NCBI RefSeq assembly: GCF_052425735.1 | Contig: NC_135770.1 | Span: forward strand, 37,634,001-37,698,000 | Reading direction: 5' to 3' | Origin: Oculina patagonica | Taxonomy: Eukaryota | DNA length: 64,000 nt | Shown here: positions 12,946 through 25,476 of the stretch, piece by piece | Numbering within the stretch: the first letter of the stretch is position 1 | Layout of the letters: the number at the start of each line of letters is the position of its first letter | Translations under genes and position numbers: made by a program | Notes under the pieces: model-generated | Database searches by the model: none | What the model was told of the DNA's origin: nothing | What the model saw: the letters and a program-made list of their open reading frames with translations, nothing else

Positions 12946-13926
12946 ATGGATTTCGCTGTAAACTATTCTACTACTCCGTCCGCGACTACGGTTCGATGTA
13001 ATTTGCCTGCTGGACACATTACTGGATTAATGTCCGTGAATCTCTTGTCGACAATTATTGGCACGATTGGCAATGTGTTGGTGATCGGAACAGTTTGCAC
13101 GAACGCCAGTCTACAGATCATTTCGAACTTTTGGCTAGTGAGCATGGCTGTAGCTGATCTGATGGTCACCGCGCTTGGTCAACCAATCTTTTCGGTATTT
13201 CTCGGTCTTCAACTCAATGACGAATGCCACGAAGGTGTATCACAGACTTTCCGTCTGATCGCCAACATGTCGTGCTCTGCCTCTGTCCTTCATCTGTGCC
13301 TAATAAGCATTGATCGCTGTTTGGTTATACTGCGACCGCATGACTTCAGAACGGTTCGAACGAAGAAACGATTTAAAATAGCATTGGCCATCGCCTGGAC
13401 CCTGCCTGTTATCTATGGAATTTTGCGCCTGACGGTGAGCAAGAAAGGCACCTCTTATTTCACGGTCATTGCAGTTGGTATCTGTTACCTGATAATCATT
13501 TCGTGCTACAGTTTAATCATCCTCAAGGTCCGAAAACAAGGCACTGCCACTTTGAAACGCTTGCGTGGACAGTCACGGAGAAGCGCGTCATCTGAACATA
13601 TGGTAGAGCGTCGCGTGACAGTCACGATAGCCATTGTTGTGGTGATTTTTACGGTCTGTTGGTTTCCTTTGCTGTATCTGCGCTCTGCGTATGCTGAAGA
13701 GAATTTTGGCGTAGCTTACAACTGGGCAAGGACACTGGCTCTGAGCAATTCATCGATGAATCCGTGGATTTACTGTTTCCGAATCGCCGAGTTTCGTGAC
13801 GCTTACAGAAGACTTTTAAAATGCCAGTGGAAGCCGATCAGGTGCGTGACAGGGGCTGCGGGAGATCAAAATGAAATGAACACAACACAGTCCAGCGAAT
13901 TGGAATCACAAAATAATGTAGTCTGA
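12946..13926 (+). CDS. Class A (rhodopsin-like) orphan GPCR, single exon, 326 aa
   Basis: Seven hydrophobic segments with GNVLV, SMAVADL, SIDRC, W in TM4, CWFP and NSSMNPWIY; helix 8 EFRDAYRRLL. Confidence 0.95.
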   Translation: MDFAVNYSTTPSATTVRCNLPAGHITGLMSVNLLSTIIGTIGNVLVIGTVCTNASLQIISNFWLVSMAVADLMVTALGQPIFSVFLGLQLNDECHEGVSQTFRLIANMSCSASVLHLCLISIDRCLVILRPHDFRTVRTKKRFKIALAIAWTLPVIYGILRLTVSKKGTSYFTVIAVGICYLIIISCYSLIILKVRKQGTATLKRLRGQSRRSASSEHMVERRVTVTIAIVVVIFTVCWFPLLYLRSAYAEENFGVAYNWARTLALSNSSMNPWIYCFRIAEFRDAYRRLLKCQWKPIRCVTGAAGDQNEMNTTQSSELESQNNVV

Positions 13927-14943
13927 AATGATCCCTTATCTAAGAACTTAGGATGTTTTTTCCTGACTCCTAAAGACAAACGATCAAATGTCAGTCAAAG
14001 TACAAGTACATAGAGTAGCTCTAGTGTGTTACGTTGTAAAAATATGTATGACTTGCTTTGCATCAAAGTGTAAATTTCAGTTTTCAGTCGGCTTTTTTTT
14101 TTTTTAAAAAAAATCATCTTTTAACAAAGAACATTATTGTTTATTACAAAAGCATTAAGCATGAGCAAATCTTTTAAATAATCTCTTCTTTGTCAATATA
14201 CTTAGCTGCTTTTTAGCACGCAATGTTTTTGAAAAGGTTCCACATATTGTTTATAAAAATAAATATACGCAAGATAGAATATAATCGTTTTACAAGTTTT
14301 AAGAGTTATGTTGATCGAAAAGTTTAACGCAGGATTAGGTTGAGTTGATGAAATTCCATTTTGTCGATGCCGTGTATATATTCCGACGATTTTGAAACTG
14401 AATTTCTGCTTTAATATAACGGTTGATTATATTGTTTTGAATAAAGAAACTTACATTGTCTCACGTATTAAGCAGTGTCTTTGTGTATGTGTCTTATACA
14501 TGAATTCAGAGATTATCATTGGTGACAAAGAAAACAAAACAATAGCAATAGACTTGATCTTTCGTTGAAAGTCTTTTTTTAGAAAAATAGTTGAGAAAAT
14601 AAGTCCTTTCCTCAAAAATAAATCCCCATATCTCGGACAAGAAGACTCTTCGGCCACTTAAGCCATTATCCTGAAAATGTAACCCATGAACTTAGAACAA
14701 TATAATTATCTTCGAGTTGTTAGCCTTCTTTTAATTTTCCAGTACATTTTTGGGCATTTGGCATTTGGCATCACGTGGGAGACTTGTGATCTTCACGTGA
14801 TAATTTGTTTCGTGTTATGTTTAGACATTTTTTTATGATGTGCCCTCAGCAGTGATGGCCCTTCTGATGCTTTTAAAAAGATTTTTCACACGAGAAGTCC
14901 CTGTCAGATAAATATCCGACCATAGTCTCGTAGCAGTGTCTAA

Positions 14944-15237
14944 AGCACTGGCCAAACGGTAACGCAAGTGGACGCAAGTAGTCGCAAGTTCAACTTGCGT
15001 ACAGACTTGTGTTGGGTGGCCAAACAAAGACGCAAGTGCACGCAAGTTTGCAAAGAGTCATTACGGTGAAAAAATAGCGTTTACTTAAGTGCAAATTTGA
15101 TCTCGACCAGAGTGAACGTTAGTCAACGCAAGTGTACGCAAGTCAACGCCAGTGCACGCAAGTCCAGGACAAACAGAGATGCAAGTGGACGCAAGTTTTC
15201 AACTTGCGTCTACTTGCGTTGCCAGTTGGTCAGGGCT
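14944..15237. mobile_element. PIF/Harbinger-like MITE with internal ACGCAAGT repeats
   Basis: TAA|agcactggccaa...ttggtcagggct|TAA; many acgcaagt/acttgcgt units. Confidence 0.65.
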
Positions 15238-15314
15238 TAACGTTAACGCAGCGCACGGGCACTTTCGGACCTAGGGACCTTAAGTTAGTGCCCATAAACT
15301 GAGGTGACATGCGT

Positions 15315-18300
15315 TGAAAGCCGAATATTAAGAGGCACATGAACAAGTGTACTCTTTCTTTTACTAAAAATTGTTTGAAAAAACCAAAATAATTATTTGA
15401 AATCGTAAAATTAGAGAACTGGCTGCCTGGAATAGGGACTATTAGAGCCAGGCAGCCGGTTGACATTACCCACTGGGGATCAGCAAGATAACACAAATCA
15501 GCAAGATAACACAAATTCAGACATATTCAATTTTTTCTCTAGGCTTGTTACCCGAATTCAAAGCATTTTCCCCGAAGAATGGTTGAAATTTCTGACACGA
15601 GGGGGGGGGGGTAGGGTGGCTGCAGTCCCCCTCGTCTCCCCGCCTCGTATGCCTATGAGAGTTAACAAGACAGTTGCACATTTGTACGATACTGCGAGAC
15701 TGCGGACACCTTTTAGTGGCGCCAAATTAAACAAGTATTTTTTTTCTAAAAGTTTTATGCGCCGTTACTTCTGCTTATGGTTGTGCTTACGTCTGTGACG
15801 TGCCCAGTGAAAAAGTAGACATTATCGTTTGACTTGGCTGTTCTTCAACTTTGTTCGTTCTTTTAATTAAAAGGTCATAATTCTTTGTTATCTATAAGTG
15901 TTTTCATTGGTCAATTTTGTTCTAAGTTGACCGACCTTGTAAATGTGCCGTCTTTTTCGTTTGTCTTTCTGATTTGAACTGAATTAATGCACATACCAGA
16001 CTGTAAACTGATAAAGGGTATTAAATTCCATGATTTTCTCAGAAACCTAGGAAGTCTTCAAACAAACAAGCACAGGAACGAGTGCTCTGAGATTCATCGC
16101 TTAGAGTGCTTGCTTGCAGGCTTGCTAGGCGTTTTCAACCATGCTTTATCTCGCAGTTTTTCTTTTCCGTGCAGTTTTTATTTACTGCTTAGCATGTCCT
16201 CTTGTAGTTCATGCAAAACTGTTTGCAGACTGCACGTTTGGAGATGAGCAATCATCTAAAAGTGCAGAGAACATGTCGGCTCTGTCGATAAAGTTAAGTG
16301 GACAGCTTCCTTTCTCAAGAAACGTGAGCCATTCCTGTCTGTTGAAGACAGACAATCAAAAGCGTTTGTTGTATCTGAGAGCTAAAAGAAACGAAGAATC
16401 GAAAGAAGGTGAGTTTGAATATGTATTTTCCAATTATTATTTGTTTCACTTGTGACTGATGCAGTCAGTTCACACATGATTAGTCTGATCACGAATGAAG
16501 CATGTTTCGGCTATAAAAAATGTTCACATTTGCCAAAGCATAATGATAAAATAAAACAAAAAAAAATATAAATTCTGAATCGTGTTCGAAGCATGTCTCT
16601 TCTGAGCATGATTGAAACAACCTTACGGGTAGTTTCGATGTGGAGAGAAGGTGAGTGCCCAAAAGATCCAAAATTGGGCCTACCATGAGACCAAATGTTC
16701 AGTTTCAATATATGGGAAGGTGAAGAGATACAACAGCAATTATCAGCAAATATCAGAGAACATCACCTCAAAACATAACGACAACGGTTACAAGCGCACT
16801 GTATCGCAACATACAAACTCTGGCCAAGTCGGCTAAATTGACACGCAATGCAATAACTCAATTTCAACAACTCCGTCCAAGCTATAGCTGCAAACATCAC
16901 TTTTATAGCCTGTGTCAGAACATCCCCCTCATACATGGCATTTGTGATATTTTTTCTGCCACAATCGGCCCGAATTTTCTCTTTGTTGATACAAATTTTC
17001 GACAACCTTGGGAGTGTCAAGGTAGGAATCATTCGTTTAAAAACTGTTTGATTTTTTGTTAGCAGATGGAGGTATAGGTAGACATGTACATTTTTTAGAC
17101 TGAAAGCCGAATATTAAGAGGCACATGAACAAGTGTACTCTTTCTTTTACTAAAAATTGTTCGAAAAAACCAAAATAATTATTTGAAATCGTAAAATTAG
17201 AGTACTGGCTGCCTGGAATAGGGACTATTAGAGCCAGACAGCGGGTTGACATTACCCACTGGGGATCAGCAATATAACACAAATCAGCAAGATAACACAT
17301 ATTCAGACATATTCAATTTTTTCTTTAGGCTTGTTACCCGAATTCAAAGCATTTTCCCTGAAGAATGATTGAAATTTCTGACACGGGAGGGGGGGGGGAT
17401 GGGGGGGTTAGGGGTCTGCAGTCCCCCTCGTCTCCCGCCTCGTATGCCTATGAGAGTTAACAAGACAGTTGCACATTTGTACGATACTGCGAGACTGCGG
17501 ACACCTTTTAGTGGCGCCAAATTAAACGAGTATTTTTTTTCTAAAAAGTTTTATGCGCCGTTACTTCTGCTTATGGTTGTGTTTACGCCTGCGACGTACC
17601 CAGTGAAAAAGTAGACATTATCGTTTGACTTGGATGTTCTTCAACTTTGTTCGTTCTTTTAATTAAAAGGTCATAATTCTTGGTTATCTATAAGTGTTTT
17701 CATTGGTCAATTTGTTCTAAGTTGACCAGTCCTTGTAAATGTGCCGTCTTTTTCGTTTGTCTGTCTCATCTGAACTGAATTAATGCACATACCAGACTGT
17801 AAACTGATAAAGAGTATTAAGTTCCATGATTTTCTCGGAAACCTAGGAAGTCTTCAATAGCGCAAACAAACAAACACAGGGACGAGTGCTCTGAGTTCCA
17901 TCGCTAAGAGTGCTTGCTTGCAGTGATTGCAGGCTAGCTAAGCGTTTTAAGCCATGCTTTATCTCGTAGTTTTTCTTTTCCGTGCGGTTTTAGTTTACTG
18001 CTTAGCATGTCCTCTTGTAGTTCATGCAAAACTGTTTGCAGACTGCACGTTTGGAGATGAGCAATCATCTAAAAGTGCAGAGAACATGTCGGCTCTGTCG
18101 ATGAAGTTAAGTGGACAGCTTCCTTTCTCAAGAAACGTGAGTCATTCCTGTCTGTTGAAGACAGACAATCAAAAGCGTTTGTTGTATCTGAGAGCTAAAA
18201 GAAACGAAGAATCGAAAGAAGGTGAGTTTGAATATGTATTTTCCAATTATTATTTGTTTCACTTGTGACTGATGCAGTCAGTTCACACATGATTAGTCTG

Positions 18301-18907
18301 ATCACGAATGAAGCATGTTTCGGCTATAAAAAATGTTCACATTTGCCAAAGCATAATGATAAAATAAAACAAAAAAAAATAAAAATTCTGAATCGTGTTC
18401 GAAGCATGTCTCTTCTGAGCATGATTGAAACAACCTTACGGGTAGTTTCGATGCGGAGAGAAGGTGAGTGCCCAAAAGATCCAAAATTGGGCCTACCATG
18501 AGACCAAATGTTTAGTTTCAATATATGGGAAGGTGAAGAGATACAACAGCAATTATGAGCAAATATCAGAGAACATCACCTCAAAACGTAACGACAACGG
18601 TTACAAGCGCACTGTATCGCAACATACAAACTCTGGCCAAGTCGGCTAAATTGACACGCAAAGCAATAACTCAACAACTCCGTCCAAGCTATAGCTGCAA
18701 ACATCACTTTTATAGCCTGTGTCAGAACATCCCCCTCATACATGGCATTTGTGTGATTTTTTCTGCCACAATCGGCGTGATTTTCACTTTGTTGATACAA
18801 ATTTTCGACAACCTTGGGAGTGTCAATGTAGGAGTCATTCGTTTAAAAACTGTTTGATTTTTTGTTAGCAGATGGAGATATAGGTAGACATGTACATTTT
18901 TTTAGAC
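15315..18907. repeat. Head-to-tail tandem duplication of ~1.8 kb (15315-17100 and 17101-18907)
   Basis: Both units start tgaaagccgaatattaagaggcacatg and end gtacattt(n)agac. Short ORFs are duplicated near-identically (e.g. 16141-16455 and 17954-18268). Confidence 0.95.
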
Positions 18908-20199
18908 TGGCATTGTTGCCGTTATAAAACCTTCACTCTTTTAGGGCAGACACCAATAGGGAACTCAGTATTACACTGAGTGTACAACTGCATAAGGTGC
19001 AACAGAGCAAACGTTGCGAGCGTAAGTCGTGTATTGATATATATTACCAGGTATCTGTGTTAGAGCATGAGTCCATTTAGTTCTGCATTAATTAAGTTCA
19101 CCCCGTTTAATTTGCATTTGCCGGCTCATAAATGCAGTAGTAACTGGCAGCAGTAATTACTACAGGCAGTAATATGAAAATTACACTCTCACTAACCGAG
19201 CGCGAGGGCCACTGAATTTTTCGTGATTATTGGGCGAGATTGAGCAAGGATTTATAATTCATCCTGATCCTGACAGTGCAAAATCACGACATTTTGCGAT
19301 AACTGAGCTTAATTTGCGAAACCGAGCTCAATCGCGAGCTTGTTTGTAGCATTGTAAAGAATATAAATCGACGAAGACTCCGGACAACCTCCCCGCAAGC
19401 GTTTTACTCTGGAAAACAAGCTGCCATTCTTCTCGGAAGTGGACGCATGTGCGCATGAGCAGAACATTACTGAATTTGCAAAATAAGTATCTCACACTAA
19501 TCAGATTGGGGCGACTGTCAAGAACCAATTAAATTGCCGCATTGAATGAGATTTGCTTTCTATTTGAGAACGGCAACCTTTGTTTCAATGTTAAGTAGGA
19601 GTAGTAAATCATAAATACCAGGGCGGTGGATTAAACAGAGCTTTAGTATCATTATTTCAACTATTCTCATTCATAATTATGACGCGGAATTCAGAAGTGC
19701 GTGGATTACATAACCCCATTTGTTTATAGATAGTTGTGTTAGGTAATGCTTAATCACCACGTGCACAATCGCCGTATTTAAAGATCCCTTTGCTTAGTTT
19801 CGGGGCATTTCGAAAGAGATACGCAAGCCGGGAAGTCCGGGCGAATTTTCGACCCTCCCACCTCCCCTTCGGCGACGTAATAGACAACTATAGTGCTTTC
19901 TCACCCTGTCACTCATTGCCTCGGCCACAATCTTTCCCCATACCTTATCCACGCCGGACAATGAGCGGCATAATTAATGAGTGAGAATGGTATACTATTG
20001 ACCTTTTTCGCTTGGGCGTTTTGTTGCCCCATTACAGACCATGTGATGATCTTGAGAATTCTTGCTTTCAAATTTTCAAATAGTCACGTGTATATGAATG
20101 AATTATTTTATGTGGATAAAAGGAACATTCTCTAGAGAACATCACGTGGTCTGCAATGGGAAAACAAACCGCCCAAGTGAGAAAGGTCTATTATTAAAA

Positions 20200-20400
20200 G
20201 TGGTGAAATCTAACAATTATTTCATTAAAAAATGTTTTTCTGATACTGTTGTAATGACGACAAGAGAATAAGAAATGAAGCTTCTTTTCCATTTCATTGA
20301 ATGGACAGATAGAACAAATTCTTAATTTTTCCGGTGTTTTGTTGTGTCTGCCAGTTTTTATTTTTAGATAATGATTTCCAAGGCGCCGGAATTTACTCAT
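20200..20400 (-). mobile_element. 3' remnant of a non-LTR retrotransposon ORF2
   Basis: HYLKIKTGRH...RICSIC...HFLFSCRHYNSIRK matches the C-terminal HxLxIETGR...CxxC...HFLxxC motif of LINE ORF2. Confidence 0.65.
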
Positions 20401-20520
20401 TTGTTGGTTGTTTTGGCAAGGATTTTTTTTTACAAAATCTAGGAAGACCGCTCTCGGAACATTGTCTAAAGACTTACGAAGAACGCCGAAAATTTCTAAG
20501 GACGATCCGTCTCGGCTATA

Positions 20521-20805
20521 TAGAGCGGTTTTCACTTGAGTGTCGAAAGTTAATTGCGTTTGCTTTGGTTTTGCATTACTACGCTCAGTGATTGGCTTAA
20601 AAATCTCGCGCCACTTTCTCAGCCAATCAGAACTAAAACCAAAACCAATCGTGACTCGCTCGCACACGTTTTCCCGCGCTTCGCGTCGGCTACGTGTTTT
20701 TGCTTCGAGTTTTGATTGGTTCACTGGATTGTCTGTGTCCTTTGTGATTGGCCGGAGTAATTACTTTGGTTTTGGTTTCACGACACTCAATTGAAACCTG
20801 CTCTA
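20521..20805. mobile_element. Abundant ~290-bp MITE family (tagagcggttttca termini)
   Basis: TIR tagagcggttttca...tgaaacctgctcta. Other copies: ~24234-24466 (partial), 33036-33329, 42829-43043, 44153-44424 (reverse, partial), 54022-54330 (reverse), 54628-55076 (reverse). Confidence 0.85.
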
Positions 20806-20938
20806 CCTAGTAAATTAGTATCGGTTTATTCGCTATCTCTTATCACGACCTGGTAACAGCCAATCAGAGCTACAACACTCGTTTTATTCTGAAGAATTGC
20901 TTACCACGTAATAAAATGTCATAATTTTATGTTGTCAG

Positions 20939-23418
20939 GATCACTGCATGTGTCAGTATATGGAACAGACGAGGAATCCTTCCAATTGGGTCATCTGGAC
21001 ATTTCAAGGTCTACAGTTGGTTGGAATAGTTTGCCTATTTGCCCTTCAGGTTCGTCAAATGAAGCCAGTGACAAATATCTCACGTTTACAGGGTCATCTG
21101 GCCTCAATTTTACCGTAGAAATTGCACAAGTAGAAAACATCAAACTTGATGAACGAAGGGAATTCACAATTAGCCCATCGAATAGTATTGAAGTCTTCCA
21201 GTTCATCCCAACTGAAGATATCTCAGACAAACAACTTGACGTCACTGTAATTTCTGAGTCAGCGGATGTGCCCGCTTATTTGAAAGTGTCACGTGTCTGT
21301 AAAGATGTCAAGGACAACATAGATGATGTGGACTACAAGGGTGAGTCACTTCGTCTTTCGTTTGCGAAGAAAGGACGGATAACTTTGTCCAAATTTTCTG
21401 TTCCTCCCCTGACTGATTCCACTGCCAGCTGGTTTATTGGAATTGCACGTAAGAATGCGTCAGGCAACACTTCATTTTATGCAACGAAGACTGTGATATT
21501 AACCTTAACAAGATCCTTTGATTACATGTATCCGGGTCCGTTGGCCTTATTGTTTACGGTTTCTATAATTGTGGGTGTCGCTGTATCCTTTTTGGCTTGG
21601 TATTGCTTCAAAAATCCATGTAGACGCTGTAGATGTACTGATGGTACTTCGGATGGTACTGATGAAGATGAAAGATCTAGACTGACTAATAATAAGAAAG
21701 AAGAAGAAGAACGGGTAGATTGGAAGGAATTCTTTTCAGCCATGTTAAACGTAATAAAAAGTTATTCGTTAGGTTGGGGCCTCAAAACCTACTCTTATAT
21801 CACGCTTATTGTCGGATCGGTTTTAATGGTGGGTGCATTTCAGTTTGTCTTTGCAAACTGGTATTTAATGATTCAAGAGGGCGATCGAGATAACTGCTAC
21901 TACAACGACTTTTGTTATAGAGTAAGCTACTATGATGTCCCATACAATTTAATGATAAGTAACGTAGCTTACGTTTTTCATGGCCTAATCTTGGCTGTGA
22001 ATGTTGTGTGTATAGAGTCAGATCTGCTTGCTCGGTGTACCAAACTTGCTGATGCTGCCGTAAACGACGCAGAAAGAATAAACGACGAATACGCATCAAA
22101 CCAAACCAGACCAGACCAGAATCAGTTCTCCCAAACTGGACGAGATCAGAATCAGTCCGCCCTTACCAGGTCAGACCAGAATCAAACTCTGAGACCAGAC
22201 ACTGAGATTCAGTTCGCCCAAACCAGACCGGAGCAGAATCAGTCCGCTCAAACTGGACGAAACCAGAATCAGTTACCACCTTATAAACACCTACCTAACC
22301 ACATTTTAATATGTTCTGACATTTCTCCCCATCTGGAAACGATGATCGTTCCTCAACATACAATAGATAAAGACAAAGCACAGAAATTGTTTGCTGAAGC
22401 ACGCAAAAAGAGATTTACTTTTACAATTGGTTACGCCTTTGCCTGGGCGCTGATTTTCGAGGGATTTTTTTCCTCGCTTTATCATCTTTGTCCAAGTAGG
22501 TTAACCTTTCAGTTCGATACGGCTTTTATGTTCGTTATTGCAAGTTTAATTGTTATTTTGTTATGTAACGGTATTGAAATCCAGGAGTGTTCTATTAACG
22601 TAACTGATCGTGTTGCAGCATCAAACTTCTTTTTATACTTTTTGGTTCCACTTTACTTTTTTAATTATCTTGGTACAATGTATCACTCAGAAGCAGGGCT
22701 CACTACATCAGTACAAAGGACGTTTTTTGTGTTCCTGTCACTTTGGTGTTGCTGTATGGCGTGGTGGGCAAGCTGTAAGTTGTACCCTGAAATGTTCTGT
22801 GAGAAAAGAATGGTAAGCGAGACTAATAAGCAAGAAAAGTCCCGTTGCCTTAAAGTGGTAAAAGCTTTGTTATGTTTCCTGGGTTTGTTGGTTGTACCAA
22901 TCATTTTTTTAATTCTTTTGGTAACTAAAGTTCTGGATTTTCCAGACGTTTTCTTGTTTACTTGTATCGCAGAATGCATTGTTGTAATTTCAGGCAAGGT
23001 TTTGATTAAAAATATTTCGTTTGGTTGCTGTACTTTGGAAAAATGTCCATGTGAGGGCTGTTGTAGTTGGGTATGTTTCATATTGCAAGTTGGGTATGTA
23101 CTCGGAACACTAGTTACTGGAGCTTTTGCATTAGAGTTTTTCGTTGGCATGGAAACAACAGATAAGGTAAAGACTCCTGAGAAATCACGTGATCTAAACC
23201 GGGAATGCATTGATTCCTGGTATGGTTTAAATTTTTTTGACTATCACGATCTATGGCACATCCTTTCTTCTTTTACATTGTTAATGGGGGCACTTTTGGT
23301 GTTACACGTTAGCTATAAGCCACCTACCCCGGAAAAAAAGAAAGAACCATCAACTGCAGGCAACAACTATGGCGGGATGGGTTCGTCAATGCCCCGGGAG
23401 CTGTTAAACCCTTGTTGA
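20939..23418 (+). CDS. SID-1 transmembrane family (SIDT1/2-like) protein; one ~2.5-kb coding exon, probably with a short upstream exon
   Basis: Motifs GDRDNCYYNDFC, YNLMISNVAY, EGFFSSLYHLCPSRLTFQFDTAFMF, PEKSRDLNRECI, FFDYHDLWHILSS. Acceptor ttgtcag at 20938. A candidate signal-peptide exon 19546-19594 (MRFAFYLRTATFVSML) is phase-compatible but speculative; the in-frame ATG at 20929 is an alternative start. Confidence 0.92.
22102..22272 (+). repeat. In-frame ~30-bp coding minisatellite (about six copies of QTRPDQNQxx)
   Basis: caaaccagaccagaccagaatcagttctcc and variants; protein QTRPDQNQFS QTGRDQNQSA LTRSDQNQTL...QTRPEQNQSA QTGRNQNQ. Confidence 0.9.
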
Positions 23419-25476
23419 ACTCCTCAGTTTCAAATTTAAATCTGATAATTTTCCTAGATACCATGGCTAGATTAGATCAGCCGCTCTAATAGTATCTAAA
23501 ACTTGTTGTTTATTAATTTTTACTTGTTAAACTAAGTTTATTTAGTTACATTTTCTACGTAGCAACATCAATCTTTTGCTTATATTTGCAAATAATTGTA
23601 AAGCGTTTAATCCCGATTATGTTTGTAGAATATTGTCGTGATATAAAGTATTCAAGTAGCTTATATAGATTACTCGGTTTCCATTAACTGATGTATTTTC
23701 AGACGCATCCACACGAACAAGTTGTATGTGACAATTTTTATGTGACGAATAATTAAAATTTGCGGTGTACACGACACGACAAATGTTATGTTAAAACCTC
23801 GTTTCCATACGTGCCAGAAATGACTACGAACAGCGCAGACATGCTTGGTTGCGAGTAAAGAGGCCTGGAAACGATTGCCAGCTTCTGAATATATTTTTTT
23901 TTACATTTTCTGCGACGAGTCATGCACACAAGGAAATTTTCACTTGTGCCAATTTTTATTTGCCACATAAAAACTGGCGCGCCAGTTTTTCAGCAAATGC
24001 CTTTGTCACATAAAATCCGGGCAAATTTTCTCATGCACACGATCAAAAAAAAATTGTCACAAAAGTTGTTTGCTCGTGTGGCTTAGAGCTTCAGATTTTG
24101 GCAGTCTTGCACTAACGCATACAGTGTATTTGTACATATCTAAAAACGTATATTATTTTGTAGACTTTTAGTGTTATTAAATGTTAAAGAATAAATGCGA
24201 AATTGCTTGTAATTCATATCATCAATGTATTAAGTGATTTTCACTTAAGTGTCGAAAGTAATTCAAGTTTGCTTTGGTTTAGCATTGTCATGCTCAGTGA
24301 TTGGTTAACAATATCGCGCCATTTTCTCAGCCAATCAGGACTCGTTCATGCACGTTTTCCCGAGCTTCGTGTCGTCTACATCTATTTCGAGTTTTGATTG
24401 GTTCACAAGATTGTCCGGTCCTTAAATTTGGGCCTGGCCAGAGTGGACTACTTTGGTTTTGGATTTAGAAGAGATTTTACGAGTTATAACGTATATTTCC
24501 AGGTTTCAGAAGGCCTAAAAACAAAAACTGTATTTGTGGATTTTATTGATGTTGATATATCTATCATTGTAAGTGATGTATTATCCAGCAAGAATCATGA
24601 TTTGTCCCCTTTATTACACAATACCGTGTATGTAGATGACGTAAATGCAAATAAAATTGTTGTTGGTGTCAGTTGTACAATAGAGTGTATTCGTAATAGG
24701 GGTGTCGTTTTCTGAGTGGCATGTCGAAAGAAGGGGTTGTTGAGGATTGTTTTGCGCTCTATTTGAGACAACTTATGAAACTGCAATAACATTGCCAAAA
24801 GATGTGCCCCACCATTAGGACACATGCACGATACATGAACCACCGATCTCATACTCGGAACCCGCCTTTATTCAGGGGTCGTTTACTCAGGGTTCGAGCT
24901 TGTGTTGAAACTCACTTAAACACGTGACCTTTTCACGGTAGTAGAAATGTCAAATTTGCGCGCTCGTGTCCATAGGGCTAAAAGACTGAAGGCAGATCGA
25001 ACGTTTCAAGTGATATCGGCTCGTTCACACTGATTTCTAAAATTGTCATTCCAAGAAACTTCTTTTTTATTCCGTCCAACCTAAGGTGTCGCAATAGGAA
25101 CTTTCAAGTGGGGTGGGGGGGGGGGGGGTGCCTCAGTCAGCTACTTTCACCTCTAGGCGTTTTTGTTAATAGGTATCAGTCGATCTTTTTAGTTTTCTTA
25201 CAAAACTTTCAAAACAACCTTTCAGCTTCTGCGATCTTCTGTTGTCTTCGTCAGAGTTTTCGTCATAGTTTAAAAAAGGGACCGGAATATTTTTGTGCTG
25301 GAGATTTTATGAACAGTCGTCCAAAATCAATCTTTTGTCCGATGAGCATTTTACACCAAAGTCGGTGAAACGTTTTATTTATTTATGACCAAATCTGCAA
25401 CAATGACCTACATATTAAGCACGAAGGTGTTCGAAAACTGGTTGACTTGATTGCACAGTCAATGTAGGACTTGGCT

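Noticed and set aside
16141-16455. Duplicated 104-aa ORF as a real gene
   Set aside because: Conservation is explained by the recent duplication; no recognisable domain or coherent exon chain.
20194-20794. ORFs 20194-20724 and 20540-20794
   Set aside because: Read-through of a MITE and a LINE remnant, not genes.
22683-23210. 175-aa antisense ORF within SIDT (likewise the antisense ORFs in the DC-STAMP gene and 55462-55926)
   Set aside because: Shadows of the real opposite-strand coding sequence; no motifs.
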